From the IMG/VR virus record IMGVR_UViG_3300032313_000668, positions 1 to 64,000 of that record: a DNA stretch of 64,000 nucleotides. The stretch is one strand, 5' to 3'. Each line of letters opens with the position of its first letter. Within the stretch, counting starts at the first letter, position 1. Under the pieces are notes generated by a model. That model was not told where the DNA came from and searched no databases. It saw only the letters and a program-made list of their open reading frames with translations. Position numbers and translations under genes: made by a program. This document shows positions 19,807 to 28,600 of this stretch, one piece after another. This stretch comes from a virus.

Positions 19807-20876
19807 TGATGAAAGTAGCAATTTATACAATTGCTCTAAACGAGCGTCAGTTTGTTGAGAAGTGGTATGAAGCCGCGAAAGAAGCTGACTATCTCCTTAT
19901 TGCAGATACTGGTTCTACAGATGGAACCATAGAAGCTGCAAAAAAACTTGGAATTAATATTGTAGAAATTAAAGTATCTCCATGGCGATTTGATGACGCA
20001 CGAAATGCTGCACTTGCTGCACTTCCACTAGATATTGATATGTGTATTTCTCTTGACATGGACGAAGTAATTACTCCAAACTGGAGAGAGCCACTACAAA
20101 AAGCCTGGGAGGCTGGTGTAACTCGTCCTCGCTACAAGCACATCTGGTCTTGGAACGAAGATGGAACTCCTGGACTTGAGTTTAGTTATGACCACATCCA
20201 TGCACGTAAAGGTTATCGTTGGAAGCATCCAGTCCACGAGTGCTTGTACGTATATGGCATGGAAGAGAAGCAGCAGTGGATTAGTGAAATTGAAACACAT
20301 CACCATCCAGACCCAACTAAAAGCCGTTCCCAGTATCTTCCTCTACTAAAGATGTCTGTTCAAGAAGACCCCTATAACGATAGGAATGCTTTCTACTACG
20401 GACGCGAGTTGTATTTTTATGGAAAGTACCAAGAGGCTGCTGTAGAATTAAAACGTCACTTAGAACTTCCAACTGCACATTGGGCACCAGAGCGTGCTGC
20501 ATCAATGCGATTTATCGGTAAATCATTGCCAGCAGAAGCAGAGATTTGGTTCCGTAAAGCAATCGAGCAAGCACCAGGACGCCGTGAGCCATATATGGAC
20601 CTTACAAAGCTTTATTATGACCGACAAGATTGGCCTAAATGTTTAGAGGCAGCAGAGACTGCTTTGGCTATACAAGAAAAACCTTTAGAGTATCTTTGCG
20701 AAGCAGAGTCATGGGGAGCTGCACCATATGATTATGCATCTATTGCTGCATATCGACTAGGTATGTTTGAAAAAGCTTTAGAGTACGCTAAAAAAGCTGT
20801 AGAGATTGAGCCAGGAGACGAACGTATGATTAAGAATGTAATGTTTTGCGAGGCTGCTTTGTCACAGGACTCTTAG
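19806..20876 (+). CDS. GT2 glycosyltransferase with C-terminal TPR repeats
   Basis: IALNE, DTGSTDGT, FDDARN, LDMDE (DxD) and VHE motifs followed by TPR helices. The start is probably ATG at 19806 or 19809 (TAATG overlap). Confidence 0.88.
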   Translation: MMKVAIYTIALNERQFVEKWYEAAKEADYLLIADTGSTDGTIEAAKKLGINIVEIKVSPWRFDDARNAALAALPLDIDMCISLDMDEVITPNWREPLQKAWEAGVTRPRYKHIWSWNEDGTPGLEFSYDHIHARKGYRWKHPVHECLYVYGMEEKQQWISEIETHHHPDPTKSRSQYLPLLKMSVQEDPYNDRNAFYYGRELYFYGKYQEAAVELKRHLELPTAHWAPERAASMRFIGKSLPAEAEIWFRKAIEQAPGRREPYMDLTKLYYDRQDWPKCLEAAETALAIQEKPLEYLCEAESWGAAPYDYASIAAYRLGMFEKALEYAKKAVEIEPGDERMIKNVMFCEAALSQDS

Positions 20877-21378
20877 TCTTACGACGAGCTTTCTTTTCTT
20901 TCTCTTTAATTTTCTTCTCAAGCTTTTCAATTCTTTCAGCGTTGTAAAGTTCTACTGCATTAAAACTTGTTCTGCTTCTCCAAGAAAAGCTGCATGATGT
21001 ACAAGTTATAATTTTTGCAACGGTCCAACGACCACCACCTGGAACTTCTACAGAACTTGTTTGTAGTTTAGATGGACGAGCAGAGCAGTATGGGCAATTT
21101 GGAAATCTGCGACGACGCGCTTCTTCTCCCTTATAGGAAACAGAAAGTGCTCGACGGATTTCTACTTCATCTTTTCCGCCCCAGATACCCCAGATTTGAC
21201 GGTGCTCTAGTGCCCACTGTAGACACTTCTTTCGAACAGGGCAGCCAAAGCATAAATTTTTTGCGTCGTATTTTTCTTTGGGTTCTTTAGAAAAGAACCA
21301 ATCCCGAGAGTTGGTATGTTCGGCCTTGGCACAGAGCGAATCAATCTGCCAATCTAAGGTATTTGCTGGTTTCCACAC
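20830..21378 (-). CDS. whiB: WhiB-family transcription factor with C-terminal zinc ribbon
   Basis: C..x..CFGC.....C plus GIWGG, followed by CPYC...CTSC and a basic tail. Confidence 0.85.
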   Translation of the reverse strand: MWKPANTLDWQIDSLCAKAEHTNSRDWFFSKEPKEKYDAKNLCFGCPVRKKCLQWALEHRQIWGIWGGKDEVEIRRALSVSYKGEEARRRRFPNCPYCSARPSKLQTSSVEVPGGGRWTVAKIITCTSCSFSWRSRTSFNAVELYNAERIEKLEKKIKEKEKKARRKTKSPVTKQPRKTLHS

Positions 21379-21393
21379 ATAACTATACTATCA
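21379..21393 (-). promoter_or_regulatory. extended -10 promoter (TGA-TAGTAT), probably giving leaderless whiB mRNA
   Basis: TAGTAT at 21385-21390 (minus strand) lies 6 nt upstream of the GTG start; no Shine-Dalgarno sequence. Confidence 0.5.
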
Positions 21394-21433
21394 AACTCAA
21401 CCTAAAAATATTGAACTAATTTCAACTAAACTA

Positions 21434-21769
21434 CTATATTTCTATCCAAGTTACTGGAAAACTATTCTCGACTAAATCACCATATTCAGTCTCACCATTT
21501 TCATCACAAGCCCAATACTCAGTCTCATCTATAATAATTCCAGCCCACCCAATTGCTATGTACCCATTCTCAATCATCTTAAATCCATCAGACAGAGAGT
21601 CTGCAATTCCATCCCTTTGTAGGGTTGAAGCTAGAGCTCTACGAACTAGCTCGTTGTCTGTATCAACATGGTCGTGCGTGAAGTAAATAACTTCTGATTC
21701 TGTCTCTGGCTCATAGCCATCACCATGCCATTGACTCCATAAAGACTCACCGACTCTTACATCTTTCAT
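21434..21769 (-). CDS. hypothetical acidic protein
   Basis: ORF coupled to the upstream gene by an ATGA overlap; GAGGAGG ribosome-binding site. Confidence 0.7.
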   Translation of the reverse strand: MKDVRVGESLWSQWHGDGYEPETESEVIYFTHDHVDTDNELVRRALASTLQRDGIADSLSDGFKMIENGYIAIGWAGIIIDETEYWACDENGETEYGDLVENSFPVTWIEI

Positions 21770-22074
21770 ATTTCCTCCTCTTCCCCGTCCTCTAAAGGAG
21801 TTAATGTGTGACGAACTTCAGCTGGTCCAGTTGCTGGATACATAACAACTTTTGCATCTCGTAATTCAAATATTCCAGAAATTGTAATTTGACCACAAAC
21901 AGAGCAGACCTCTACGGAGCCAGTATTAATTTTTTGCGGGACATCTACTCCCTTTAAGCGCATAAGAATGTTTCCGCTGTCGTCTATGCTTTCTGGTTCC
22001 CACTTAGCATGGTCTTTAATCCAGCAAAGCTCGCATATCGGCATCGGAGAGGTAAATTCTCTAGAAGCACTCAT
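21766..22074 (-). CDS. hypothetical protein with two CxxC pairs (possible Zn finger)
   Basis: CELC...CSVC. Confidence 0.65.
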   Translation of the reverse strand: MSASREFTSPMPICELCWIKDHAKWEPESIDDSGNILMRLKGVDVPQKINTGSVEVCSVCGQITISGIFELRDAKVVMYPATGPAEVRHTLTPLEDGEEEEI

Positions 22075-22086
22075 AATATAAGTTTA
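22075..22086 (-). promoter_or_regulatory. -10 element (TAAACT) 6 nt before ATG; leaderless
   Basis: Minus strand reads TAAACT-TATATT-ATG. Confidence 0.45.
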
Positions 22087-22090
22087 CTAT

Positions 22091-22387
22091 CTAGACCAGG
22101 ACAGTGTCTTTAGTTTTCGACTCTCTACGACGTCTTATCTTTCTTCTTTCATTGGGAGTAAGCCCTCCCCACACACCGTGGTCTTCATTTTGAATGCCCC
22201 ATTCTGCGCATTCAATTTTGTGTATACAACCGCTACAAATTTTTTTTGCAAGGTCATATTGACGTTCAATTTGGAACTTACTGTACCCAGGCTCGTCTGG
22301 GTCTTTACCATAGAATAAGTCACTATCTATAGATGCGCACTTTGGCTCTTCATAGTTGCGGGGGTCTTTTAAATTATTCTTTTTCAT
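22091..22387 (-). CDS. whiB: second WhiB-family transcription factor
   Basis: KCAS...LFY...AKKICSGCIHKIEC...GVWGGLTPNERR. The start is likely MKKNN at 22387, because the longer ORF overlaps the upstream gene by ~100 nt. Confidence 0.88.
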   Translation of the reverse strand: MKKNNLKDPRNYEEPKCASIDSDLFYGKDPDEPGYSKFQIERQYDLAKKICSGCIHKIECAEWGIQNEDHGVWGGLTPNERRKIRRRRESKTKDTVLV

Positions 22388-22724
22388 GCAGATTTTTCGA
22401 CACTTCGTAGCCGCATCCTGCATATCCTGCAATATCAATCCAAGTGTCTGGTTGGAATCCAGAGTTAGCAACAAATCTAGCTAGCTTCATACCAATCATT
22501 GCCATAGCAACATCTTCCGTTGTGAACTCGCGTTGAAAGATTACTGACCATACTTTTGCAATATTAGTGAAATTTTCTTCTGGACCGCCATACTGAGCAT
22601 TACGGTCGCCATTAATAATTCGAGCTGCTTCACGAAGGGCTTGAACTCTTACGGGGGTATCATCTGATGGTTTAGCAGTTGCTGCTTGTTCTGTGTACAA
22701 AGGCTTCTGTTCGTTATCTGGCAT
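22374..22724 (-). CDS. DUF6378-like protein (all-alpha NTP-pyrophosphatase-like)
   Basis: LREAARIINGDRNAQYGGPEENF..IA..W, MIGMKLAR and DTWIDIAGYA motifs. Confidence 0.7.
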   Translation of the reverse strand: MPDNEQKPLYTEQAATAKPSDDTPVRVQALREAARIINGDRNAQYGGPEENFTNIAKVWSVIFQREFTTEDVAMAMIGMKLARFVANSGFQPDTWIDIAGYAGCGYEVSKNLHEKE

Positions 22725-22959
22725 CTTTTATTCTCGCAATCACTTCGGCTTTATATTGATAGTCACTTGATACATCTTCAGACTCACTTACAACCAACTC
22801 ATAATTAATGTTGTGTCGAGTCTCTGGTTCATAATCGTCACCGAAATCGTAATCATCTTCTGCAGAGCTCAAAAACTTTTCAATGGCGGTGTCTGCTGCA
22901 CTCGTAAGTTCGTCGTAGCTGTCGCCACTGACATGGAACTTCAACGTTGTAGTTCTCAA
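22714..22959 (-). CDS. hypothetical acidic protein
   Basis: ORF tiles between its neighbours with short overlaps. Confidence 0.6.
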   Translation of the reverse strand: MRTTTLKFHVSGDSYDELTSAADTAIEKFLSSAEDDYDFGDDYEPETRHNINYELVVSESEDVSSDYQYKAEVIARIKDAR

Positions 22960-23381
22960 CTTAGGATTAGTTTCTCTAGCTTCTGAGGTGGGTAATGCGC
23001 TCCCTCAAGAACTGGCTCCAATCCGTCTGTGCTTTTAATAATTACATCTCCGTATCGAACCCCAACTACAACACCACGACGACCATTGTGAACCATTCCT
23101 AATTCACCATCAAAAGCATCTGCTTTGACACGAACTTGTTCAGTAACCTTAATATCACCTGGACGCACAGGAACCCAGTTTTCGTTCTTTTTTTCTTTAA
23201 TTACAATGTGCCCCAACGCTAACTTTGAAAACATTTCTATTGTTTGCTTTTTAAAATCTGGCGTTAGGTTTTCAATCGAGTCAAAAAGCTCGACTAATTT
23301 CATGGTCGCATCGCCTACAGGTTTGCGGACCTTTGCTGCTTGAAGCTGGGATTTAACCCAGTTCATATCTAGTTCTGCCAT
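22956..23381 (-). CDS. hypothetical protein with C-terminal SH3/KOW-like region
   Basis: GDIKV..QVRVK...GRRGVVVGVRYGDV; AGGAAAGGA ribosome-binding site. Confidence 0.65.
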   Translation of the reverse strand: MAELDMNWVKSQLQAAKVRKPVGDATMKLVELFDSIENLTPDFKKQTIEMFSKLALGHIVIKEKKNENWVPVRPGDIKVTEQVRVKADAFDGELGMVHNGRRGVVVGVRYGDVIIKSTDGLEPVLEGAHYPPQKLEKLILS

Positions 23382-23431
23382 GGTAATCCTTTCCTATCTG
23401 ATTGTAGCCTTTTTTAGTTGTTTAGTCCACA

Positions 23432-24460
23432 TTAGATGTTTACTTTTGATAGATTAATAGTTTGTAATAGAAGCTCAGATACTTGTTCCCAAGTTGGAAC
23501 TAACTCAAGATATGACTCTTTTTGAGCAAGAGCTAAGGCATATCTTTCTTCTGATGACATTTCCTCGATAGAGCTAGCCAAGTGGCTCCACTCAACTCCT
23601 AAAGAGGATGTTAGACGCCAGTCAGTCACGACTGGAACACCCACTGAGAGGCTCTGTGCGAGCGCTGGAGACCACCAGGGCTCGTTATTGCGGTAGATAC
23701 TTACAATCGTACCTAAAGACTTTTTAATGCGTTCTAGGGTCGATTCCTGCTCTTCCCACCGAGACCCACGGGTTGCCACCACGTCATTGTTTAGGGTTGC
23801 GGTAACGGCTTTGGCCCACTTTGTTTTTGGGTTATCGCAGGTCCAGTAACCCCTGGGGGAGCTTAGATTTGCCTGAATGTATGGAGCACGAAGAATATAG
23901 GAATCAACCATTACTGGAACTAAGTTTTGTGAATCTGTGTTCAGCAAAGACTTTGAGATATCTTCCGAGTTAGACCATGGAAAAGCTGGGTATAAAGTTG
24001 TAGGCCATCTCTCGCTAAAAAGAAATTCATTAAACTCGTGGACTTCGGCACGAAACTCTGCGTCAGAGATTAGATGTGAATAACTTTTTCTTCTCTGATA
24101 AAAATCTTTAGACAAATCTGCAACATTGAGAGATACAGATTTTAGAGATGCTTGCAATTTGTATTGCTCTGGGGCATCGATAAAAAGAGAAAGATTCCCA
24201 ATCTTGCGTGCTCGATTGGCAATCGCAAAAGCTGGGTAAATTTTATTTGCAGAAAGACTTGTAGGAGGAGCAATACCGACGAGTACGCTGTCAAACTCCT
24301 CAAGTTGTTTTGATGTGAATACAGTTGAAGGTTCAACTACCTCTACTACGGCACCACCGTCTTCTAATGCTTTCGCCAAAAGTGCGGAAAACGTAGGAGT
24401 TCTCGAAGCTGTTTTATTGGAAGCCTGCTGTGCAGTGCACCCCGTAATTAGAACTTTCAT
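23432..24460 (-). CDS. putative GT-B-fold glycosyltransferase
   Basis: N-terminal MKVLITG, LAKAL...G..V.V, FDSVLVG and C-terminal AQSLSVGVPVVTD resemble the two Rossmann domains of GT-B enzymes. Confidence 0.45.
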   Translation of the reverse strand: MKVLITGCTAQQASNKTASRTPTFSALLAKALEDGGAVVEVVEPSTVFTSKQLEEFDSVLVGIAPPTSLSANKIYPAFAIANRARKIGNLSLFIDAPEQYKLQASLKSVSLNVADLSKDFYQRRKSYSHLISDAEFRAEVHEFNEFLFSERWPTTLYPAFPWSNSEDISKSLLNTDSQNLVPVMVDSYILRAPYIQANLSSPRGYWTCDNPKTKWAKAVTATLNNDVVATRGSRWEEQESTLERIKKSLGTIVSIYRNNEPWWSPALAQSLSVGVPVVTDWRLTSSLGVEWSHLASSIEEMSSEERYALALAQKESYLELVPTWEQVSELLLQTINLSKVNI

Positions 24461-24494
24461 TGTTCTACCTTCCTAAAGTTTTGGACTCTAACTA

Positions 24495-24527
24495 GAAAGC
24501 CACTCAACGTTTTGTCGAGTGGCTTTC
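24495..24527 (-). terminator. hairpin / probable intrinsic terminator after the SSB gene
   Basis: 11-bp inverted repeat GAAAGCCACTC ... GAGTGGCTTTC; weak U tract. Confidence 0.55.
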
Positions 24528-24547
24528 CAGCAGAGAGTTGACCGTTA

Positions 24548-25075
24548 TTAGAACGGTGCTGATGGTGCTGCAGCAGGTGCTGGTGCAGGTGCTGGAGCGG
24601 GTGCAGGTGCTGGTGCTGGTGCTGGAGCAGCAGCAGATACAGGAGCTGGTGCACCAGGTGCAGCAGAAGCTGTTGCTGGGTAGTAGTTCTTAATTTCGTT
24701 TGACTTGTTACCGTTGTAGGTACGTGTACCAATCTGTCCACGGAACTTACGACCAACAAGTGCAGACTCAATCTGAGCATTACTTGGTGCACGGTCAAAG
24801 AAGTCTCGGTTAAGACCCATTGCCGCCATCTTGCGGAAGAAGATACCCAACGCAGTTGAGTTATCTGGTGAGACAACTAGGTTGTCCCAAACTAGACGCT
24901 TTGCGAAAGCGCCTGATTCGACCTGACTCTTGGTAGAGAACATGGTCTTGCCAGACTGAGTAACCTTTGCGGTTGCCTCAAGCACTACGAGGTCGTAGTC
25001 GCCATCTGGTAGTGGTTCGTACGATGCTGATTCTCCAGCATCCTTAATAAGGTCAGCCCAGTTCAATGAACTCAT
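24548..25075 (-). CDS. phage single-stranded DNA-binding protein (DUF669-like) with Pro-Ala tail
   Basis: YEPLPDGDY.L.V, SGKTM, VWDNLV and NEIK motifs; C-terminal (AP)n...APF; adjacent to an AAA ATPase and an exonuclease. Confidence 0.75.
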   Translation of the reverse strand: MSSLNWADLIKDAGESASYEPLPDGDYDLVVLEATAKVTQSGKTMFSTKSQVESGAFAKRLVWDNLVVSPDNSTALGIFFRKMAAMGLNRDFFDRAPSNAQIESALVGRKFRGQIGTRTYNGNKSNEIKNYYPATASAAPGAPAPVSAAAPAPAPAPAPAPAPAPAPAAAPSAPF

Positions 25076-25077
25076 GG

Positions 25078-25848
25078 TTAAGCCTCTTTCTTTTTAGTGG
25101 TGGCTTCAGTCTTCTTCGGACCAAAGATTGTGTCAAGCATTACCTCGATGGAAAGCTTGTCTTGTTCGACGATTGCTCCAAGACGACCTTGGACTCGCTC
25201 GCCTGCTTCATACTCATTAGTTCGCTCGACATACATACGTCGAACTTTGTAAGGAGGCTGAAGCGGGTCTGGATTAGGAAACTGCTCGATGGTCAACGCA
25301 CCAAGAATGTCGTAAAAATATGGTGCTTGAATTGCAAGCTGTCCCTGTAGGTAAGGACGGTGCTTACCATCCTGAGTCACTCGAGACATTGCTGTTAGAA
25401 CAACGGCCTCAAGTGGATTAGTTGGGTGCATTGTTAGGTCGCGTAGGTCGCGTAGAAGACCACCCATGTGACGAAGCAATTCGCCCCACTGTTGCATCTT
25501 CATCTGCTCGCTACCTGCGATGCTGTCCATACACTTGACTTGCAACTCCGAGATGGAGTCAATAATCAAGCTTTTGAACTGATGCTTACCTAACTGCAAC
25601 CACTGATACGCCTTGACTACAGTGTCGTAGTCACGTACCTGTACAACAACCGTGTCCCAAGTTCCATCTGCGACAGGTGGTTCCTCGCGCAGTGGGTCCC
25701 AATACTTAACGACGATAGGGAGGAATCGGTGTCCACCCTCAACGTCGAGCATTAGTCGTGGGTATGGTGCTGTAACAGCAAAGCTGGATTTACCAACTTT
25801 GGATTCGCCGTAAATCATTGCGGTCAACGACCGTTGGATTTCACTCAT
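25078..25848 (-). CDS. AAA_24 / Sak4-like ATPase (recombination/annealing)
   Basis: Walker A IYGESKVGKSS, LDVEGG and Walker B LIIDSISE. Confidence 0.8.
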   Translation of the reverse strand: MSEIQRSLTAMIYGESKVGKSSFAVTAPYPRLMLDVEGGHRFLPIVVKYWDPLREEPPVADGTWDTVVVQVRDYDTVVKAYQWLQLGKHQFKSLIIDSISELQVKCMDSIAGSEQMKMQQWGELLRHMGGLLRDLRDLTMHPTNPLEAVVLTAMSRVTQDGKHRPYLQGQLAIQAPYFYDILGALTIEQFPNPDPLQPPYKVRRMYVERTNEYEAGERVQGRLGAIVEQDKLSIEVMLDTIFGPKKTEATTKKKEA

Positions 25849-25851
25849 GCG

Positions 25852-26778
25852 TCACTCGTTTCCTTTCTTCTCTTCGCCGTAGTAAGCATATGGGTCAGCC
25901 TCTACGAACATTTCGCTTATTGCCTGCTCTGCAGCACTACCATCATCGACGAGAGTGCATACAGAGTAGAACTTGCACTTCCACTTGCAATCCCTAGACG
26001 GACTTGGGTATGCGTGGAAGCTTGGTTGTTCACCTTTATCAAGAGCTGTACGAACTCGCATGAGGTCTGTAACAGTTCCGTGCAAGCGGTCCCAGAAGGA
26101 GCGCAAGGTGAAGATATTGTGTCGAACTTCAATCTGGTCATAAAACGGAGGACGAGCAGCAGCACTGCGACGAACCTTCTTTAACATTGTGAAAATACCG
26201 CCGTCAGAGCGTTCTCCGTCTTTGTCCTTACTCTGTTCAAGAATCATGTAAGTAAGAATCTGTTCGTTCATAGGTGCAAGGTTTGCAAAGTCTGAAAGCG
26301 AACCACCAACAGTTTTAAAGTCACGGAACATACGCACACCGTCAGCCTTACGACGAACACGCATGTCAAGCTTGCCTTGAAGTTCAACTTCACCGTTGAA
26401 CATCGGCATCACAATTGTTTCTTCTGTAGAAATCATCTCGAGGTCAGCATCAATGCCGTTCTCTTCATTCCACTGGAGGTAACCCTCAAGCATGATGTGC
26501 CCAAGTTCAGCTTCTTTTTCAAGTTCAGATACATCGCGGAAGTCTTGCAAAAGTAATTCTTTTTCTGTGTTCACAAGGGTTGCGTGTGCTTGTAGAAGCG
26601 GAGTTCCGTTGGCGTAATAATCATCAAGAGCAGCGTGTACGCGAGTACCCAGTGCAAGAGCACCAGTTGCATCTTTGTACTTTGGCTGTAGACGTCGATA
26701 GTAGGTCAACCACCAGCGACGGCGACAGTCTTTGAATGTTTGAATCTCCGAGTTAGAAATTCTTACTACATCACTCAT
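25852..26778 (-). CDS. PD-(D/E)XK RecB/Cas4-like exonuclease
   Basis: SNSE..TF..C, GTRVH, E...GKLD...DFKT and C-terminal C..C....C. Confidence 0.85.
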   Translation of the reverse strand: MSDVVRISNSEIQTFKDCRRRWWLTYYRRLQPKYKDATGALALGTRVHAALDDYYANGTPLLQAHATLVNTEKELLLQDFRDVSELEKEAELGHIMLEGYLQWNEENGIDADLEMISTEETIVMPMFNGEVELQGKLDMRVRRKADGVRMFRDFKTVGGSLSDFANLAPMNEQILTYMILEQSKDKDGERSDGGIFTMLKKVRRSAAARPPFYDQIEVRHNIFTLRSFWDRLHGTVTDLMRVRTALDKGEQPSFHAYPSPSRDCKWKCKFYSVCTLVDDGSAAEQAISEMFVEADPYAYYGEEKKGNE

Positions 26779-28574
26779 AGTTTGCCTGCCTTATCATCTT
26801 TAAGAAGATTGAGTAGCTGGTCCTTGTCACGAACAATCTGCTCAAAGTTATCTGCCTTGGTTTCAAGGACTTGTAAAACTCGTTCTTCGATGGTGCCCTC
26901 TGTTACGTAATCCGTGATGATGATTGAATCGTGAATCTCTGACCCAATGCGGTGCACACGGTCCAACGCTTGCTTGTGGTCAACAAGTGACCAAGGGCGT
27001 TGAAGCATAATCAAGCGCCGAGCAGCAGTGAGAGTTACACCCACACCACCAGCTTGCGCTGTGAAGAGAATCCACTTTATCTTGCCTGACTGGAAATCGT
27101 CAATAGCCTTCTGTCGCTCATCTTCATCCTGAGCACCAGTAATCAAACCATGCTCAATCTTGGCCTTAGTCATTGCAGCACTAAGAAGCTCAATTAGTTG
27201 GCGAGATACAGCGCAGACTGCTACCGAGTCATCGCCAAAATCACCGTGAGAGATATCATCCATTAGTTGGTCAACCTTACAAGAAGGCTCTGACAAAATA
27301 GCTTTTGGCTCTCCAGTAGTCTCGTTAACGACAATCTCTGCATAAGCATTTGCAAACTGCACTAGGCGAGTTGTCTGAGTCAGGATAGAAGGAGCAGTCA
27401 ATGCTTCTCCACCTTCAAGCTCAGCAATCATTGTGTCGCGCATCTGCTCATAAGCCTTTTTTTGCTTAGTTGACATTTCAACATCGCGACGCTCATTTAC
27501 TACCTCGGGTAGCCAAGGAAGCACGACTTTTTTTAACATGCGACGCATGTGAGGATTGACTGCTTTATAAAACTCATCTTGCATGTGTGGTTTGACACCA
27601 ATCACTAACATGCCACCGAATGCATTAAGCATCGTGTCAATCATGCGGTCAATCCACTTGGTTTTGCTAGGCCAATCTTTTGGAGATAGCCAGTGCAGAA
27701 TTGCCCACAAGTCGACGACATTGTTAGCGATTGGTGTTCCTGTTAAGGCAAACCGAATCTGTGCATCGCCAGTAGCTGACCATAATGCACGGGTTTGCTT
27801 TGACTTAGGCTCTTTCGAGCGGTGAATCTCGTCGGCCACTACAGCCTTAAAATTAATCTTGTTTAGTTCACGCTGGTGTACTTCACAGCGGGTCTCTGAG
27901 ACACCGTCATCGTGACCACCACAAGCAGAACACCGTGTAAGTGCTACAGAGCCATACGGTGCAAGTCTGGAGTGAGCACGAAGAGACTCCCAGTTAATTA
28001 CATAAACGTCAGCTTCAGTCTCGAATTGCTTTTTGCGCTGAGCAGCAGTTCCTTTGATAACTTGCACGGTGACCCCAGGCCACCAAAGCTTAAATTCACG
28101 AGCCCAGTTCTTCTTTAGAGTGTTGGGGCAGACTACTAGGGCAGGAAAGACATCCTCGCCATTTTCCTGAATACGCTTAAGACCGCGGATAGCCTGAGCG
28201 GTCTTACCAAGACCTGGTTCATCGGCTAGAAGGGCCTTCTTAGCGGTCGCTAGGAACGCTACGCCAGCTCTTTGGTGTGGGAATAGGTCTTCGTCTCCAT
28301 CGGCTGTTTCAAGCTCTCTGAGGGCCATAGAAGGGCTAATACGGGTGTTTACTTCATTCTCTGCCCAAGAACTAAGCCCTGGGCCAATAACTAGGTCTTC
28401 ACGGAATGTAGAGCGTAAGGCAAGGCAACTGGACCACGCTAAAGGCACTCGCCATACTTGGTCTGTCTGCGACCATGAAGAACCTGGAAGACCCTTACAC
28501 AGCTCTTTATAACGCCATTCAGCGTTAATAAGGATGTGGGCTTTCTCGCTATCGAGGTCCACCGATACTGGCAT
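26775..28574 (-). CDS. SNF2-family DNA helicase
   Basis: LADEPGLGKT, VVCP, DEIH, LTGTP, GVGVTLT and QALDRVHRIG motifs. Confidence 0.92.
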   Translation of the reverse strand: MPVSVDLDSEKAHILINAEWRYKELCKGLPGSSWSQTDQVWRVPLAWSSCLALRSTFREDLVIGPGLSSWAENEVNTRISPSMALRELETADGDEDLFPHQRAGVAFLATAKKALLADEPGLGKTAQAIRGLKRIQENGEDVFPALVVCPNTLKKNWAREFKLWWPGVTVQVIKGTAAQRKKQFETEADVYVINWESLRAHSRLAPYGSVALTRCSACGGHDDGVSETRCEVHQRELNKINFKAVVADEIHRSKEPKSKQTRALWSATGDAQIRFALTGTPIANNVVDLWAILHWLSPKDWPSKTKWIDRMIDTMLNAFGGMLVIGVKPHMQDEFYKAVNPHMRRMLKKVVLPWLPEVVNERRDVEMSTKQKKAYEQMRDTMIAELEGGEALTAPSILTQTTRLVQFANAYAEIVVNETTGEPKAILSEPSCKVDQLMDDISHGDFGDDSVAVCAVSRQLIELLSAAMTKAKIEHGLITGAQDEDERQKAIDDFQSGKIKWILFTAQAGGVGVTLTAARRLIMLQRPWSLVDHKQALDRVHRIGSEIHDSIIITDYVTEGTIEERVLQVLETKADNFEQIVRDKDQLLNLLKDDKAGKL

Positions 28575-28600
28575 TTGTTACCTTTCGTCGCTATGTATAA

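Noticed and set aside
25852-26778. Cas4-like nuclease as evidence of a CRISPR-Cas system
   Set aside because: There is no repeat-spacer array or other cas gene, and it lies in a standard exonuclease-ATPase-SSB recombination module.
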